DNA of 64,000 nt. Source: Squalus acanthias (taxonomy: Eukaryota). The stretch spans positions 113,834,001 to 113,898,000 of the forward strand of contig CM059431.1 of the NCBI GenBank assembly GCA_030390025.1, given 5' to 3'. Positions 61,586-64,000 of the stretch are shown here, one piece after another (within the stretch, counting starts at the first letter, position 1; every line of letters starts with the position of its first letter). Under the pieces are notes generated by a model. The model was not told the origin of the DNA. It searched no databases and saw only the letters and a list, made by a program, of their open reading frames with translations. The position numbers and the translations under genes were made by a program.

Positions 61586-62437
61586 TAGTTCATGTACTCT
61601 TATTAGCTGTCTAGCAGTCGTTAATATATTTTTTAAAAACAGAATAATCAGGCAGTTAAGAAGAGGTGTGAAGTGGAGACCACTTATGTGCAAAAAGGAA
61701 AAAAACATCAGGTGAGACCTTGAGCCACTCTTATGGATTTCATATTGCCTGACTTAAAAGCTGAATTGGCAATCGCCTAGGAACAAAAATATAGATTCAT
61801 TTATTACCTTATTAAAATCAATAAAGGGCAAAGACATTTCAAATTCAGCATTTTAGTGGCATAGTCACCCTATAGGAATTATAACCTGGGAATGACCGGA
61901 AACAGAGCCACAAGCCAAGCCTTCCTGAATTCAGAGGCTGTAATGATGTAGATGGGCAAATGAATCAAACCAACTGGAGCTCTCCCAAAAAGACAATCTG
62001 ATTTCAACTAAACTTGGAAAAGGCAGGCTGATTGATCTGAACCAATTTGAATGTATCTGAATTGGATGGGACATGGAATTCCATTGACTATGCATTGCTA
62101 CTTTAGTATGTATGGATTTTTAGGGATCATTGCTGTGTCTGTGCAAAGTATTGCAAATATTTTAGAACATTGCAGCACCTGGTTTGAGCTCTTATCCCTA
62201 TCATTAAAGAATGCAGAGGCCCAGTACTTCTGGTTCATATTGCATGAACTCTCAACCCAGAGGGCCATGATTTCACATCACAGTTCTGACTGGCAGACAA
62301 AGTCACCTGTTGTCGCTGGAGGAAATTTCATAATTTCTTATCTATGCTGCAATTGAGTTCTCAGTAGTATGGGAACAACAAACTGGTAGGATCAGCCCTG
62401 CCCCAAGCAGATCATAAAGCAATATTGAAAGTGGTGA

Positions 62438-63390
62438 AAGAAAGAACAAGCTTGTATTTATATAGCACCTTTCATGTCCTCAGGATGTCCTAATATGCTT
62501 CACATGAATTACACTTGAACTGTAGTCAGTGTTGTGCTGTAGGCAAACACAACAGACAATTACACAACAAGGTCACACAAACAGCAAATGAATAGTCAAG
62601 TTTGGTCATGGTGGTTGGGAAAGAAATATTATTCAGGACAACTCTCTGTTCTATTTCAAATGTTGATATGGGATATTGTCCACCTGACAATCCAGGACTC
62701 TGTTGAACATAAGAAGATAAGAAATAGGAGCAGGAGTAGGCCAATCGGCCCCTCGAGCCTGCTCCGCCATTCAATAAGATCATGGCTGATCTGATCCTAA
62801 CCTCAAATCTAAAGAACACAAGAAGTAGGAGCCGGACCCGGCCACTCAGCCCCTGGGCCCACTCCGCCACCCACAGGGTCCTGACCGATCCGAACTCAGC
62901 CTCATGTCCAATTTCCTGCCCGCTCACCGTAACCCCTAATTCCCTTTACCTCTAGGAAACTATCTATTTCTGTTTTAAATTTATTTAATGATGTAGCTTC
63001 CACAGCTTCCTGGGGCAGCAAATTCCACAGACCTACTACCCTCTGAGTGAAGAAGTTTCTCCTCATCTCAGTTTTGAAAGAGCAGCCCCTTATTCTAAGA
63101 TTATGCCCCCTAGTTCTAGTTTCACCCATCCTTGGGAACATCCTTACCGCATCCACCCGATCAAGCCCCTTCACAATCTTATATGTTTCAATAAGATCGC
63201 CTCTCATTCTTCTGAACTCCAATGAGTAGAGTCCCAATCTACTCAACCTCTGTTATCCAAAAGATGGCACTCCCTTTCATATTGATCTGAAGTATCAGTT
63301 TAAATTATGTAAAGTCCTGGAGTGAGGCTTAGCACCTATAACCTTCTGACTCAGAAATGAGAGCACTGTCAATTGAGCCTAGTTAACACT
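62438..63390 (-). mobile_element. Decayed DeuSINE split by a CR1 insertion
   Basis: Tail and Deu core at 62438-62700; tRNA-like head at 63255-63390. Confidence 0.7.
62705..63250 (-). mobile_element. CR1 3' fragment with tandemly duplicated 3' UTR
   Basis: RLGLYSLEFRRMRGDLIETYK...GIRGYGERAGNWT*; two 3' UTR-like units (62705-62806, 62812-62904). Confidence 0.9.
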
Positions 63391-64000
63391 TGGGTGGTAC
63401 TGGAGAAGGTACATTTTAGACCACACCCTAACTCCCCCCTGTCCTCCAAACCTAGCAGCACATTGACACAAGCAGAAATGCAATGTTAGGAGGAAAAGTA
63501 TTCACCTAGAAAGAGGGGAAAAATAGGAGAAACATTTCTAGAAGCATGCGACTCCTGAAACAGTGAGCTACACAAGGATGAATGGCCAAACAACTCTGAA
63601 ATATCACAATATGACTGAGGTATGACTAGTGGTTCAAGTTAAAGACCAGCCAGATCTGCCTAGTGAGATTGTTTGGTATATTCAGCATCTTGTAGAACCA
63701 CAAAAAGCTATTGAAATTAATTTGGGAACAGTGCACCCTGTGCTAGGTTCTGTATTATTTGACTCCTGAAATATCTCTCTTATTTCTTTTAACACATTCA
63801 AATTATTGATCCTGAGGGCAGTGGAATTACAACTCATGCCTGTAAAATAATAAATGTACGCTATATATCAAAATGAAATTTCACCGTGCCGTCCTCCAAT
63901 TCTGCCTTAATGTGCAGCATGTAAATCTTTGTCGACAAAATCTGCACAAGTTCAGTACTACACTGCTTGGGAAGGGGAAATCATTTGAGAAATGATGCCT

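Overview
Repeat-rich vertebrate nuclear DNA, most likely from a cartilaginous fish (shark). This is an inference from the SacSINE1/DeuSINE-like SINEs, CR1 tails and Neptune-type Penelope elements. I recognise no intact host protein-coding gene, so the window is intergenic or inside a large intron. It holds: (i) four PIF/Harbinger DNA transposons (56-4255, ~19447-21161, 24398-28490, 49325-53728), each with a HARBI1-like DDE transposase on + converging on a spliced Myb/SANT(MADF)-coiled-coil gene on -; two are full length but carry stops or frameshifts. (ii) About 13 Harbinger-type MITEs with TIRs and variable 3-bp TSDs. (iii) Penelope-like retroelement (PLE) fragments whose 3' ends carry minimal type-I hammerhead ribozyme motifs, including a 182-bp fold-back mini-element with a 12-bp TSD inside a Harbinger transposase. 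(iv) CR1 and L2 LINE fragments and tRNA-derived SINEs. Most notable are the hammerhead/fold-back mini-PLEs, family-specific subterminal motif arrays paired with divergent MADF proteins, and MITE cores that keep inward-facing TATA/CRE-like modules, long hairpins and clusters of U1-type splice donors. All calls come from reading the sequence by eye; no database search or folding program was run.
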